Assembly (NCBI GenBank): GCA_948735595.1
Contig: CAPXSA010000012.1
Span: forward strand, 446 to 64,445
DNA from: an uncultured Clostridia bacterium
GTDB lineage: Bacteria > Bacillota > Clostridia > TANB77 > CAG-508
Length of the DNA: 64,000 bases
Direction of reading: 5' to 3'
Positions 1-8,847 of this stretch are shown piece by piece. The position numbers were made by a program, and so were the translations under genes. Positions within the stretch are counted from its first letter, which is position 1. Every line of letters begins with the position of its first letter. The notes under the pieces were generated by a model. The model was not told the origin of the DNA. It did no database searches and worked only from the letters and a program-made list of their open reading frames with translations.

Positions 1-49
1 AACTAAGCAAGGTTACAGCAACTGGTTAAAAGCAAGCAAGTAGTGGTTT

Positions 50-97
50 CCCCGCAACCACAAATTTTATTAGAGTCGCAAGAGATTGTAGACTCTT
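50..97 (+). repeat. Left att-type direct repeat: CCCCGCAACCA (3' end of an initiator-tRNA-Met-like gene) plus 3' flank
   Basis: nt 50-89 are identical to nt 26093-26132 (40/40). Similarity continues to 97/26140 with 2 mismatches. Confidence 0.85.
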
Positions 98-105
98 ATT
101 TTTTT
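72..105 (+). terminator. Hairpin (AGAGTC...GACTCT) plus T-run, tRNA-type terminator carried inside the att repeat
   Basis: 6-bp stem at 72-77/91-96 followed by TATTTTTTT. A second copy lies at 26115-26142. Confidence 0.6.
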
Positions 106-108
106 GAC

Positions 109-150
109 TTTGACGTAATTTTGACGTAAATGGGGACAGCTTGGGGACAC
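109..150 (+). promoter_or_regulatory. Putative recombinase arm-type sites: TTTGACGTAA x2 (109-118, 120-129) and TGGGGACA x2 (131-138, 142-149; 11-bp phasing)
   Basis: Tandem direct repeats lie between att and int. The same TGGGGACA pair with the same 11-bp spacing recurs at 21692-21710. Confidence 0.55.
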
Positions 151-236
151 AGGCTGTCAAATCCCTTTAAAATAGACTAAAACACGTCTTGTGGTTTTAA
201 AAAAGCAATTTTTGTAATTATATTGAAAAAGAGTAA

Positions 237-1427
237 TTAGTTTTTATCTACTAATAAATTTTGCAAGACTATACCTGCACTTCTATTATGAGAAGCTAAA
301 GGATGGACATAGAAATTAAATGTTGTACTTATTTGAGCATGTCCTAATCTTGCTGCTACAACTGCTACATCTACATTTTGTGAAATAAGAAGAGTAGCAT
401 TTGTATGTCTGATACCATGAAAATTAATTACAGGTAGTCCAATTCTTTTAATAAATTTACCAAACCATTTACTTACTGTATCTGGGTGCATAGGTTTTCC
501 GTTATCTTGAACAAATAATCTATCAGAATCGTACCAGAACTCACCACAAAGCTCTTTTTGGTTGTCATACCATAGTTTATATTCTTCTAACATTTCAACC
601 ACTGAATCAGGTATAGAAACATTTCTATATGAACTTGATGTTTTCGGTTCTTTTGTATATATACCTTTTTCAGGAAGATATTGACTTGCTTTATTTATAG
701 CAATTTCTTTATTCTTGAAATCAATATCATTCCATTCAAGTCCCATTAATTCTCCAAGTCTTGCTCCTGTAAAAACATCTAAAATGATTGCAACTTTATA
801 TTTAAATTCATTTTCCTGAAGTGTATTTAAGTTATTTAAAAGAACTTTACATTGTTCATCATCATAAAATTTACGTTTTGCTCTAGAAGCTCTTGGTGGT
901 TGAACTCTATCAGCAGGATTAAATGGTATTAGTTGCCAATATACAGCTTTGTGTAGCATAGAACTTATTAATCTATGATGTTCTAGAATAGTTTTCTTAG
1001 ATAATGGTTTTAAAGTTCTTTCTCCATTATTTTTAGCAAGTCTTCTTATTTGTGTATCTTGTTCTAGCATATCATATAATTTCATAAGATCTGTTGGTTT
1101 GATTTTTTCTAAAGTAAAAGAACCTAAATATGGTAAAATTCGAGTTTCTAACATTCTTACATATCTTTTATAAGTGGATGGTGCTAATTCTTTTTCACCA
1201 TAATTTATTTGCCATACATGAAAGAACTCTTCAAATGTTATAGGTTTTCCTTCTGGAATAAGTCCATGATTTGCTTCAGTTACAAATTCAGCAAGTGCAA
1301 CTTCTGCATCTTTGCGAGAACCATGAATTGTTTTTGTTCTTTTAGCTCGAGAACCATCTAAATTTTTACCAGTTGATACTATTAACCTGTAAGTATTTTC
1401 ACCTCTTTTTTCAATACTCCCAGCCAT
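237..1427 (-). CDS. int: Tyrosine recombinase / phage-type integrase
   Basis: C-terminal catalytic pattern ...FTGARLGEL...HGIRHTNATLL...LGHAQISTTFNFYVH. N-terminal SAM-like domain. ATG at 1427 has an AGGAGG RBS; the GTG at 1439 abuts the RBS. Confidence 0.9.
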   Translation of the reverse strand: MAGSIEKRGENTYRLIVSTGKNLDGSRAKRTKTIHGSRKDAEVALAEFVTEANHGLIPEGKPITFEEFFHVWQINYGEKELAPSTYKRYVRMLETRILPYLGSFTLEKIKPTDLMKLYDMLEQDTQIRRLAKNNGERTLKPLSKKTILEHHRLISSMLHKAVYWQLIPFNPADRVQPPRASRAKRKFYDDEQCKVLLNNLNTLQENEFKYKVAIILDVFTGARLGELMGLEWNDIDFKNKEIAINKASQYLPEKGIYTKEPKTSSSYRNVSIPDSVVEMLEEYKLWYDNQKELCGEFWYDSDRLFVQDNGKPMHPDTVSKWFGKFIKRIGLPVINFHGIRHTNATLLISQNVDVAVVAARLGHAQISTTFNFYVHPLASHNRSAGIVLQNLLVDKN

Positions 1428-1486
1428 TGCCTTTTTCACCTCCTTTCGGCATACCTATGGGTGGGAGAGGATATGTATATATTTAT

Positions 1487-2626
1487 TTAAATATCTTTGT
1501 CATCGTACTTATCAAATTTATCAATACTTTTCTGCATCCATTCGTTTAATTCGCTTTCAGTTGTTTTTCCTTGTTTGTATTTTTTTAAGTTTTGTTGAGA
1601 AGATTGTTTCCATTGTGCAAAATATTTTGCTTTTTCACTATAAGGATTTATTTTTCCTCTTTGAATTTGCATTAATATTCTTTGATACGTTTTCTTGTAT
1701 AATTTATAAGCTTCTACATCTCCAATACTTTTTTTAAATGTTTCAGCAGCACCTATAACCCTACAAGATTTTTCATTATTATAGTAAACAATATCACAAT
1801 ATATTTCAGATTCCTTTGAAGTAGGAATAAAGTATTTGCCACAATTCTGACATTTTTTAATAGTAACATATGTATTCATTGCAATTTCATTTAAAGAAAC
1901 AAATATCATATTAGATAAGTATGATGAGTGATAGATGTGACTTGTTTTATAGCTTAATTTTCCATCTTTGATACTCTTTCTAATTTTACTCGGATTTGCT
2001 AGGTTTGGACTTAATCCATCTGTTCCATTAACAAATAAGGTATTAAAATATATATTTGTTTGCCTAGTATAATTGTATAAATCATTTCTTAAAGCATATG
2101 ATAAAAACTTAATATGAGATAGTTCGTCTTTATAAGAATCGGAATTATCTAAATTATATACAAAGTTAATACAATCTTTAATTTTCTCTTGTAATTCTAT
2201 AATTATTTCTTTTGATTGTTCGAAAATTTCAGTATAATATTTAAAAAATTCGCTAGGAACTTCACATGAGTTTGCTTTATAAATGTCATTCACATATTCT
2301 TTTAATAGTTCAATTCCATAAAAACCAAAGAAAGTATTATAAGATGTTAGAGAATTTGAAAAGTCAGCATTTAAGAATCTAATTAGAAACATACCATATT
2401 TTTCTTCTAATGGATGAAAATAATCTCTTTTAACTAAAGAACATTTTGTGTTAGGAAATTTATATGTAGTATGTTCTAATAATATTTCTTTATATGTATT
2501 ATTTATCTTTTTATTAAATGTTAAATTACAATTCATTAAAGGTGTTACATAGAACTCCTTTTTTTCTTTTTTATTAAACCATATGGCGAAACCATTATCA
2601 GTTGGTATTTCGGGGTTTTTAAACAT
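1487..2626 (-). CDS. Hypothetical protein with CxxC zinc-ribbon (CQNCGKYF...YCD...SCR), element backbone
   Basis: Long ORF co-oriented with int, 48-nt gap. No family recognised with confidence. Confidence 0.5.
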   Translation of the reverse strand: MFKNPEIPTDNGFAIWFNKKEKKEFYVTPLMNCNLTFNKKINNTYKEILLEHTTYKFPNTKCSLVKRDYFHPLEEKYGMFLIRFLNADFSNSLTSYNTFFGFYGIELLKEYVNDIYKANSCEVPSEFFKYYTEIFEQSKEIIIELQEKIKDCINFVYNLDNSDSYKDELSHIKFLSYALRNDLYNYTRQTNIYFNTLFVNGTDGLSPNLANPSKIRKSIKDGKLSYKTSHIYHSSYLSNMIFVSLNEIAMNTYVTIKKCQNCGKYFIPTSKESEIYCDIVYYNNEKSCRVIGAAETFKKSIGDVEAYKLYKKTYQRILMQIQRGKINPYSEKAKYFAQWKQSSQQNLKKYKQGKTTESELNEWMQKSIDKFDKYDDKDI

Positions 2627-2872
2627 TAATTGACAACTCCTTAGTATATTCTTGTGAGAAATTTAAAATATATTTTATGAATTTTCTTGACTTTTTATAA
2701 AAAGCTATATATAATGTGCTTGTAAAAAATAAAAAATATCTAATGTGAATTTCTCACAACACTATTTTACAATAAATAAAATTAAAAATCAATAGATATC
2801 ATAATTTTTTACAAAAGTTTTGGGCTTATTTTATACAAATAAGAATTTAAGGAGAAGGGAGGCAGTCTATAA

Positions 2873-3067
2873 GTGGTACAAGAAGTAAAAAGAACAACAT
2901 TAACAATGAAAGAAGCAGCTGACTATTTAGGAATATCCTATTGGCTCATTAATCAATTAGCAAAAAGAAAGCAAATTCCTTGTTCTAAAGTCGGCGGAAA
3001 GTATTTATTCAGAGTGAAAGTATTAGATGAATATCTAACACAAAAAGAAGAAGCATCGGTACAATAG
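2873..3067 (+). CDS. xis: Excisionase-type (MerR-like) HTH DNA-binding protein
   Basis: LTMKEAADYLGISYWLINQLAKRKQIPCSKVGGKYLF matches the excisionase-family HTH pattern. Divergent from int. Confidence 0.7.
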   Translation: MVQEVKRTTLTMKEAADYLGISYWLINQLAKRKQIPCSKVGGKYLFRVKVLDEYLTQKEEASVQ

Positions 3068-3082
3068 GAAGGAGGTAAGAAG

Positions 3083-3580
3083 ATGGTACAAGTCCAGTGG
3101 CTAAAAGTTTACACAGATATTTTTGATAATGAGAAAATGAAGAAATTACTCAGAAATAGAGATGGGGACACTTATTTTAGAGTATGGATTCAACTTTTAA
3201 CATTAGCAGCAAAAAGTAATCAACATGGAGCTATCTTACTTGGAGAAAATATTCCAATGTCAAAAGAAGATCTGGCTAAGGTTATGCACAAAACTTTGAA
3301 TAAATTGGAAAAGATTATACAAGATTTACACAAACTTGACATGATTATCATCGAGAAAGAAACAATTTGTATAAAAAATTGGGATATGTACCAAAGTGCC
3401 GATGAGTTAGAAAAGCTCCGAGAATCAAACAGAAGAAGACAACAGAAATATAGAGATAAACAAAAAGATAGTAACGTTATAGTAATATCAAGTAACACTG
3501 AAGATAAGAATAGAGAAGAAAAAAATAAGAATAGACAAGATATAAGTAATTTAGAAAATGAAAGTGGTTTTAAAGAATAA
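3083..3580 (+). CDS. Phage-type replisome organizer (N-terminal domain) / DnaD-like
   Basis: WLKVYTDIFDNEKMKKL...YFRVWIQLLTLAAKSNQHGAILL is the typical replisome-organizer N-terminus. Confidence 0.7.
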   Translation: MVQVQWLKVYTDIFDNEKMKKLLRNRDGDTYFRVWIQLLTLAAKSNQHGAILLGENIPMSKEDLAKVMHKTLNKLEKIIQDLHKLDMIIIEKETICIKNWDMYQSADELEKLRESNRRRQQKYRDKQKDSNVIVISSNTEDKNREEKNKNRQDISNLENESGFKE

Positions 3581-3626
3581 AGAAGTAATTAATTTGAAAA
3601 AGAAAATTAGAATGGAAGGAGGAAAT

Positions 3627-4439
3627 ATGGTTCAAACAGAAACTTTAAACAAAGTAAATTGCAAATTTTGTGGTAAAGAGCTAGAACAAAAAGAATTATT
3701 ATTTCAATTAAACGATAGGCAATTCTCAATAGAAGGACAAACTGAAAGATGTGATTGTCAAGAATCTAAAATATACTGGGAAAAGATTGAATATGAAAAA
3801 AAGCAAAAAGAAATGATAGCTGAAACACAAAGAAAAAACGATGTAATAAATAAATTATATAATAATAGTAAAATGAATATTAGACTAAAATTATATAGTT
3901 TTAATAATTATAAAGTTACGTCTGAAAATAAAAAAGCTCTTAATAAAGCAAAAGAATATGCAGAAAATTATATTAAAAAAACAGAAAAAGGTAGCTTGTT
4001 TATAACAGGTGGAGTTGGAACTGGTAAAACACATTTAGCAGCAAGTATTGCCAATGAATTAATAAGAAATGAAATACCAGTTGTATTCGGAACATTAATA
4101 AATTTGTTAAATGATATTAAAGATAGTTATAGTTCAGATGGTGAAAAAGAAGGATATATTATTGAAAGATATTCCAAAGTAAATATGTTAATAATAGATG
4201 ATTTAGGCAAAGAAAGACCCAGTGAATGGACATTAGAAAAGTTATTTACAATTATAAATAATCGTTACGAAAATAATTTACCAGTAATAATAACTACAAA
4301 TTATAATCGAGATAAATTGAGAGAAAGGCTTTCAAATAATAAAAATTATGAGATAGTAGACTCAATAATATCAAGATTATATGAGATGTGTAAAGGCATT
4401 GCTATTTATGGAAATGATAAAAGAAAAGAGTTAGTATAA
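3627..4439 (+). CDS. DnaC/IstB-like AAA+ helicase-loader ATPase with N-terminal zinc-ribbon
   Basis: Walker A GGVGTGKTHLA, Walker B MLIIDDLG. ATG at 3627 is preceded by GGAAGGAGG; the track ORF start at 3558 overlaps the previous gene. Confidence 0.8.
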   Translation: MVQTETLNKVNCKFCGKELEQKELLFQLNDRQFSIEGQTERCDCQESKIYWEKIEYEKKQKEMIAETQRKNDVINKLYNNSKMNIRLKLYSFNNYKVTSENKKALNKAKEYAENYIKKTEKGSLFITGGVGTGKTHLAASIANELIRNEIPVVFGTLINLLNDIKDSYSSDGEKEGYIIERYSKVNMLIIDDLGKERPSEWTLEKLFTIINNRYENNLPVIITTNYNRDKLRERLSNNKNYEIVDSIISRLYEMCKGIAIYGNDKRKELV

Positions 4440-4524
4440 GTCCGCAAAACTAAAAATACTAACCCCAATATTTATAAATATATTTTAATATAAAAGATGA
4501 AAAAAGTAAATAGAAATGACTAGA

Positions 4525-4565
4525 AAAGTACTTGGATTTTAACAAAAAAGTCCAAGTATTTTTCA
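4525..4565 (+). terminator. Rho-independent terminator after the replication module
   Basis: Stem TACTTGGA (4529-4536) pairs with TCCAAGTA (4551-4558), extended by A/T pairs, followed by TTTTT. Confidence 0.65.
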
Positions 4566-4632
4566 AAATAGAGATGAAAATATGTACTAATTTAGGTGCA
4601 TATATTAGTGATTAATTGTATTAGCAAGCAAT

Positions 4633-4672
4633 GAATTTCGTCAGCTCGAAATTCTATATGGGGAAAATCCCC
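4633..4672 (+). promoter_or_regulatory. Candidate oriT: inverted repeat GAATTTCG-N6-CGAAATTC followed by GGGGAAAATCCCC
   Basis: Two perfect inverted repeats lie 40-80 nt upstream of the relaxase start. Confidence 0.4.
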
Positions 4673-4711
4673 AATCCCCTTTTTTAATATGAAAGTGAGG
4701 TGAGAATTAGA

Positions 4712-6082
4712 ATGGCGACAACGAGTTTATGGAAGGTAGAAAGTAGAATAGATCATGTTGTAGATTATGCTACTGATAAAGATAAAACCAAAAATAAATA
4801 TTATAATCAATTTAATAATTTTTCTAGTGTAAGAGATTTGCTTTCGTATGCTACTAATCCAGACAAAACTGAAAAACAATTTTTTACAACAGGAATTAAT
4901 TGCAAAGTAGAAGATGCAGTTAAGCAAATGGAATTTGTGAAAACATTATATGGAAAAGAAGACGGAATACTTGCTTTTCATGGATATCAATCTTTTGATA
5001 AAGGAGAAGTTACTCCAGAAATTGCTCATGAAATAGGAGTTAGACTTGCTGAAGAAATGTGGGGAGATAGATTCCAGATTGTAGTATCAACACATTTAAA
5101 TACAGAGCATATTCATAATCATTTTGTACTAAATTCTGTTTCATTTAAAGATGGACTCAAATATTATAGTGATTTAACTAATACAGCTTTATTAAGAAAA
5201 ACATCAGATGATTTATGTGATGAATATGGATTAAAAGTGCTAGAAGAAAAGCCATGTAAATCTGGGATTAATTTTGAAAATTTCTATAAAAAATCTATTA
5301 GAGATTCAGATTATTATAAATTTGCAAAAGAAGATTTAGACTATGCAATAAAACATTCTTATACTCAAAAAGAATTCCATCAGTATTTATCATCAATGGG
5401 ATATAGTTATTATTATAGGGCAAATAAATTATGTATAAGGAGAGAACCATATAAAAGAAATATCAGAGTTGAAAGAGCTTTTGGAGAAGAATATTCTGTA
5501 GAAAATATTAGGCAAAGAATAATAGCAAATGATTTTATTCCCAAACAGCAAATAATTCTATATAAAAGAGCTACTTTAAAGTTTTATGGAAGGAAAAATA
5601 TTTTTAGAAAGGCATATAAACCTAAAGGAATAGTTGCTTTATATTATTACTATAGATTTTTATTGGGATTGCATAAAAGAAATAATGTGCAGTATAAATT
5701 GACTCCAAAAATGAGAGAAGAAGTAAAAAAGATGGATAAGTATTCGGAAAGAATAAGATTCTTGTGCAAATACAAGTTAGAAACCCTAGACAATGTGGAT
5801 GAGCTGAAAACAAAGAAGTTAAGAGAAAAACAAGATATTTTAAATACAAGAAATAGATTATATTATAAAAGAGGAAATGTAGATAATGAAACAGAGAAAA
5901 ATGATATTACAAAGCAAATAATTGCAGTTACAACTGAGCTAAAAAGAGTAAAAAAGGAAATTAGAATGTGTGATGAAGTCACAGATAATGTTCATAGTAT
6001 GAAAGAGCAAATAAGAGAAACTGAAGAAAAATCAAAAGGAAAGGAAAGACAAAAGAAGAAAGATAGAAAATATGATAGGTAG
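4712..6082 (+). CDS. Relaxase / mobilization nuclease (MobA/VirD2-type)
   Basis: HxH histidine cluster STHLNTEHIHNHFVLNSV. N-terminal ...VDYATDKDKT... pattern. Coiled-coil C-terminus. Confidence 0.8.
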   Translation: MATTSLWKVESRIDHVVDYATDKDKTKNKYYNQFNNFSSVRDLLSYATNPDKTEKQFFTTGINCKVEDAVKQMEFVKTLYGKEDGILAFHGYQSFDKGEVTPEIAHEIGVRLAEEMWGDRFQIVVSTHLNTEHIHNHFVLNSVSFKDGLKYYSDLTNTALLRKTSDDLCDEYGLKVLEEKPCKSGINFENFYKKSIRDSDYYKFAKEDLDYAIKHSYTQKEFHQYLSSMGYSYYYRANKLCIRREPYKRNIRVERAFGEEYSVENIRQRIIANDFIPKQQIILYKRATLKFYGRKNIFRKAYKPKGIVALYYYYRFLLGLHKRNNVQYKLTPKMREEVKKMDKYSERIRFLCKYKLETLDNVDELKTKKLREKQDILNTRNRLYYKRGNVDNETEKNDITKQIIAVTTELKRVKKEIRMCDEVTDNVHSMKEQIRETEEKSKGKERQKKKDRKYDR

Positions 6083-6246
6083 TAATTAAATCTATTTCTT
6101 GAAATTTATATGTTTTGAGAAATAGATTTTTTGTCGAAAAAAGTAGAAAACTTCAAAGGATAGGAAGTTCTTGCAAAATATTGATAAATTAAGTTTTTTA
6201 TGATATAAAATATAATAGAGAATTTGTATTTAAAAGGAGCAGTATT

Positions 6247-7800
6247 ATGATAAATAATCGAGAAAGAGAAGAACTACATAAGGCTATATGGTCAATAGCA
6301 GATGATTTAAGAGGTTCAGTAGATGGATGGGATTTTAAACAATATATTTTAGGTATAATGTTTTATAGATATATTTCAGAAAATATAACAAATTATATAA
6401 ATGAAGGAGAAAGAAAAGCAGGAGATATTGATTTTGACTATGCAAAATTAAAAGATAGTGAAGCAGAAACTGTAAGAGAAGAAATGGTAAAAGTTAAAGG
6501 CTTTTTTATACTTCCTTCAGAGCTTTTTGTTAATGTTTGTAAAATAGCAAGAAATGATGAAAACTTAAATGAAACATTAGAAAAGGTATTTAATAATATA
6601 GAAAATTCTGCCAAAGGTGCTGAAAGTGAAGATGACTTTTCAGGACTATTTGATGATATAGATGTAAATAGTAATAAATTAGGTGCAACAGTTAGTAAAA
6701 GAAACGAAAAACTTATAAAAATTCTTGAAGGAATAGCCAATATTAATTTAGGAAATTATCAAGATAATCAAATTGATGCTTTTGGAGATGCCTATGAGTT
6801 TTTAATGACTATGTATGCATCAAATGCAGGTAAATCTGGTGGAGAATTTTATACCCCACAAGAAGTTAGTGAACTTTTAACTAAACTTGCTATTGTTGGA
6901 AAGACATCAGTAAATAAAGTATATGATCCTGCTTGTGGTTCAGGTTCATTATTATTAAAATCTGCAAAAATACTTGGAAAAGAAAATGTTAGAAATGGCT
7001 TTTATGGACAAGAGATAAACTTAACTACATATAACCTTTGTAGAATAAATATGTTTTTACATGATATTGGATATGATAAATTTGATATAGCATGTGAAGA
7101 TACTTTAACATCTCCACAACATTGGGATGATGAACCTTTTGAAGTTATAGTTTCAAATCCACCATATTCTATTAAATGGGCAGGAGATGATAATGCTGTG
7201 TTAATTAATGATCCAAGATATGCACCTGCCGGAGTACTAGCTCCAAAATCAAAAGCAGATTTTGCGTTTATAATGCATTCTCTATCATGGTTAGCAACAA
7301 ATGGTACTGCATCAATAGTTTGTTTTCCAGGTATATTATACAGAGGTGGAGCAGAACAAAAAATAAGAAAATATTTAATTGATAATAACTTTGTAGATTG
7401 TATTATTCAGCTACCAGATAACTTATTCTTCGGAACAAGTATTGCTACTTGTATAATGGTTTTAAAGAAAAGCAAAAAAGATAATAGCACACTATTTATA
7501 GATGCAACAAATGAATGCGTTAAAGTAACAAATAATAATAAATTAACTGATGAAAATATAAATAATATAGTTGATATATTTACTAAAAGAGAAGATAAAG
7601 AATATGTTGCTAAACTTGTTTCTAATAAAGAAATAGAAGAAAATGATTATAATTTATCAGTTGCAACTTATGTAGAAAAAGAAGATACAAGAGAAAAGAT
7701 AGATATAGTTAAATTAAATAAAGAAATTGATGAAATAGTAGCAAAAGAAAATATACTTCGTGAAGAAATTAAAAAAATTATTTCAGAAATTGAGGTGTAG
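6247..7800 (+). CDS. hsdM: Type I restriction-modification N6-adenine DNA methyltransferase subunit
   Basis: HsdM N-terminal domain (LWSIADDLRG). SAM motif VYDPACGSGSLL. Catalytic NPPY (SNPPYSIKW). Confidence 0.95.
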   Translation: MINNREREELHKAIWSIADDLRGSVDGWDFKQYILGIMFYRYISENITNYINEGERKAGDIDFDYAKLKDSEAETVREEMVKVKGFFILPSELFVNVCKIARNDENLNETLEKVFNNIENSAKGAESEDDFSGLFDDIDVNSNKLGATVSKRNEKLIKILEGIANINLGNYQDNQIDAFGDAYEFLMTMYASNAGKSGGEFYTPQEVSELLTKLAIVGKTSVNKVYDPACGSGSLLLKSAKILGKENVRNGFYGQEINLTTYNLCRINMFLHDIGYDKFDIACEDTLTSPQHWDDEPFEVIVSNPPYSIKWAGDDNAVLINDPRYAPAGVLAPKSKADFAFIMHSLSWLATNGTASIVCFPGILYRGGAEQKIRKYLIDNNFVDCIIQLPDNLFFGTSIATCIMVLKKSKKDNSTLFIDATNECVKVTNNNKLTDENINNIVDIFTKREDKEYVAKLVSNKEIEENDYNLSVATYVEKEDTREKIDIVKLNKEIDEIVAKENILREEIKKIISEIEV

Positions 7801-7803
7801 TAG

Positions 7804-8832
7804 ATGAAGAATTTATTTATTGATTCTAATATATGGCTTTCATTATATCATTTTACAAATGATGACCTTGCACAATTCGGAAAACTTAAAGAATTAAACG
7901 GTAAAGACATACAATTATTCATACCGCAACAGGTATATGATGAAGTTTATAGGAATCGTGAAGCAAAATTAAAAGACGCACTTAAATCATTTGAATTAAA
8001 TGATATTAAGTTCCCAGTTTTTTGTAAGGAATATAAAGAATATGATGAATTTCATAAAGATTATATCGGGCTTAAAAAGCGTTTTAAATTATGGAAAGAA
8101 AAAATTGGTGAGGACATACATAATGAGCATTTGCCTGCTGATGAAATAATAAATGATTTTTTCAAAAATACAAAATTAGTTGAATGCGAGTCAATTGTTG
8201 AAAAAGCTTATATGAGATACAAAAAGGGAAATCCACCAGGAAAAGATAATAAATATGGGGATGCTATAAATTGGGAATGTTTGTTAAATGTGATTCCAAA
8301 TGGAGAAGATTTATATTTGATAAGTGCAGATAAGGATTATCATTCTGCACTATCAGATAAGAAGATAAATTCGTTTTTAGAAAAAGAATGGCAGTATAAA
8401 AAGAAATCTAAAATTTTCTTTTATAATAATTTGGTTTCATTTCTTTCTGAACATGTGAAGGAAATAAAACTAATAACTGAAAATGAAAAGGAAGAGTTAA
8501 TCAACAAATTGAAGAATAGTCGCAGTTTTGAAGAAACACATGGTGTAATTTCAGGGCTGAATAGATATAGTGATTGGACAGAAACTCAAATTGAAGATAT
8601 TTGCAATGCAGCTGAAGAAAATTTACAAGTTAAATGGATTATTGACGATCCAGATGTATATAAGTTTTATCATCATCTTCTTGAGAATGTTAAATATGAA
8701 AATTTAACTGATTGTGCAACTAAGAGAATAATAGACTTAATCTATATGGATATTATTGAAAAAATGAGTGAAGCAAAATTTGCTTATGAAGCAGATTCTA
8801 CTGATACACTTGAAGAATATTATAAGCATTAA
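7804..8832 (+). CDS. PIN-like (DUF4935-type) domain protein embedded between hsdM and hsdS
   Basis: N-terminus LFIDSNIWLSLYHFT...FIPQQVYDEV...YLISADKDY resembles a PIN-like nuclease fold. 3-nt and 15-nt gaps to the flanking hsd genes. Confidence 0.55.
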   Translation: MKNLFIDSNIWLSLYHFTNDDLAQFGKLKELNGKDIQLFIPQQVYDEVYRNREAKLKDALKSFELNDIKFPVFCKEYKEYDEFHKDYIGLKKRFKLWKEKIGEDIHNEHLPADEIINDFFKNTKLVECESIVEKAYMRYKKGNPPGKDNKYGDAINWECLLNVIPNGEDLYLISADKDYHSALSDKKINSFLEKEWQYKKKSKIFFYNNLVSFLSEHVKEIKLITENEKEELINKLKNSRSFEETHGVISGLNRYSDWTETQIEDICNAAEENLQVKWIIDDPDVYKFYHHLLENVKYENLTDCATKRIIDLIYMDIIEKMSEAKFAYEADSTDTLEEYYKH

Positions 8833-8847
8833 AAGAAAGGAAATATC

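Noticed and set aside
1-60. Possible complete tRNA gene ending in CCCCGCAACCA at the left edge of the window
   Set aside because: The 49 nt upstream of the acceptor-like end do not form T, anticodon or D arms. Only the last 11 nt match the tRNA-fMet 3' end. It is treated as an att repeat copy, possibly the end of another element lying outside the window.
3220-3498. Antisense and overlapping ORFs. Examples: 3220-3498(-), 4727-4927(-), 6438-6740(-), 14401-15003(-), 29284-29655(-), 32740-33120(-), 41716-42105(-), 52686-53225(-), 54571-54945(-), 60947-61382(-)
   Set aside because: All lie inside longer ORFs on the opposite strand that carry clear family motifs. Their Leu/Ile/Phe/Ser-rich low-complexity translations are the usual mirror-strand artefact of AT-rich coding DNA.
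2873-6082. Prophage interpretation of the left island (replisome organizer plus DnaC-like genes)
   Set aside because: There are no capsid, tail, terminase, portal or lysis genes anywhere in the island. A relaxase is present instead, which fits an integrative mobilizable element.
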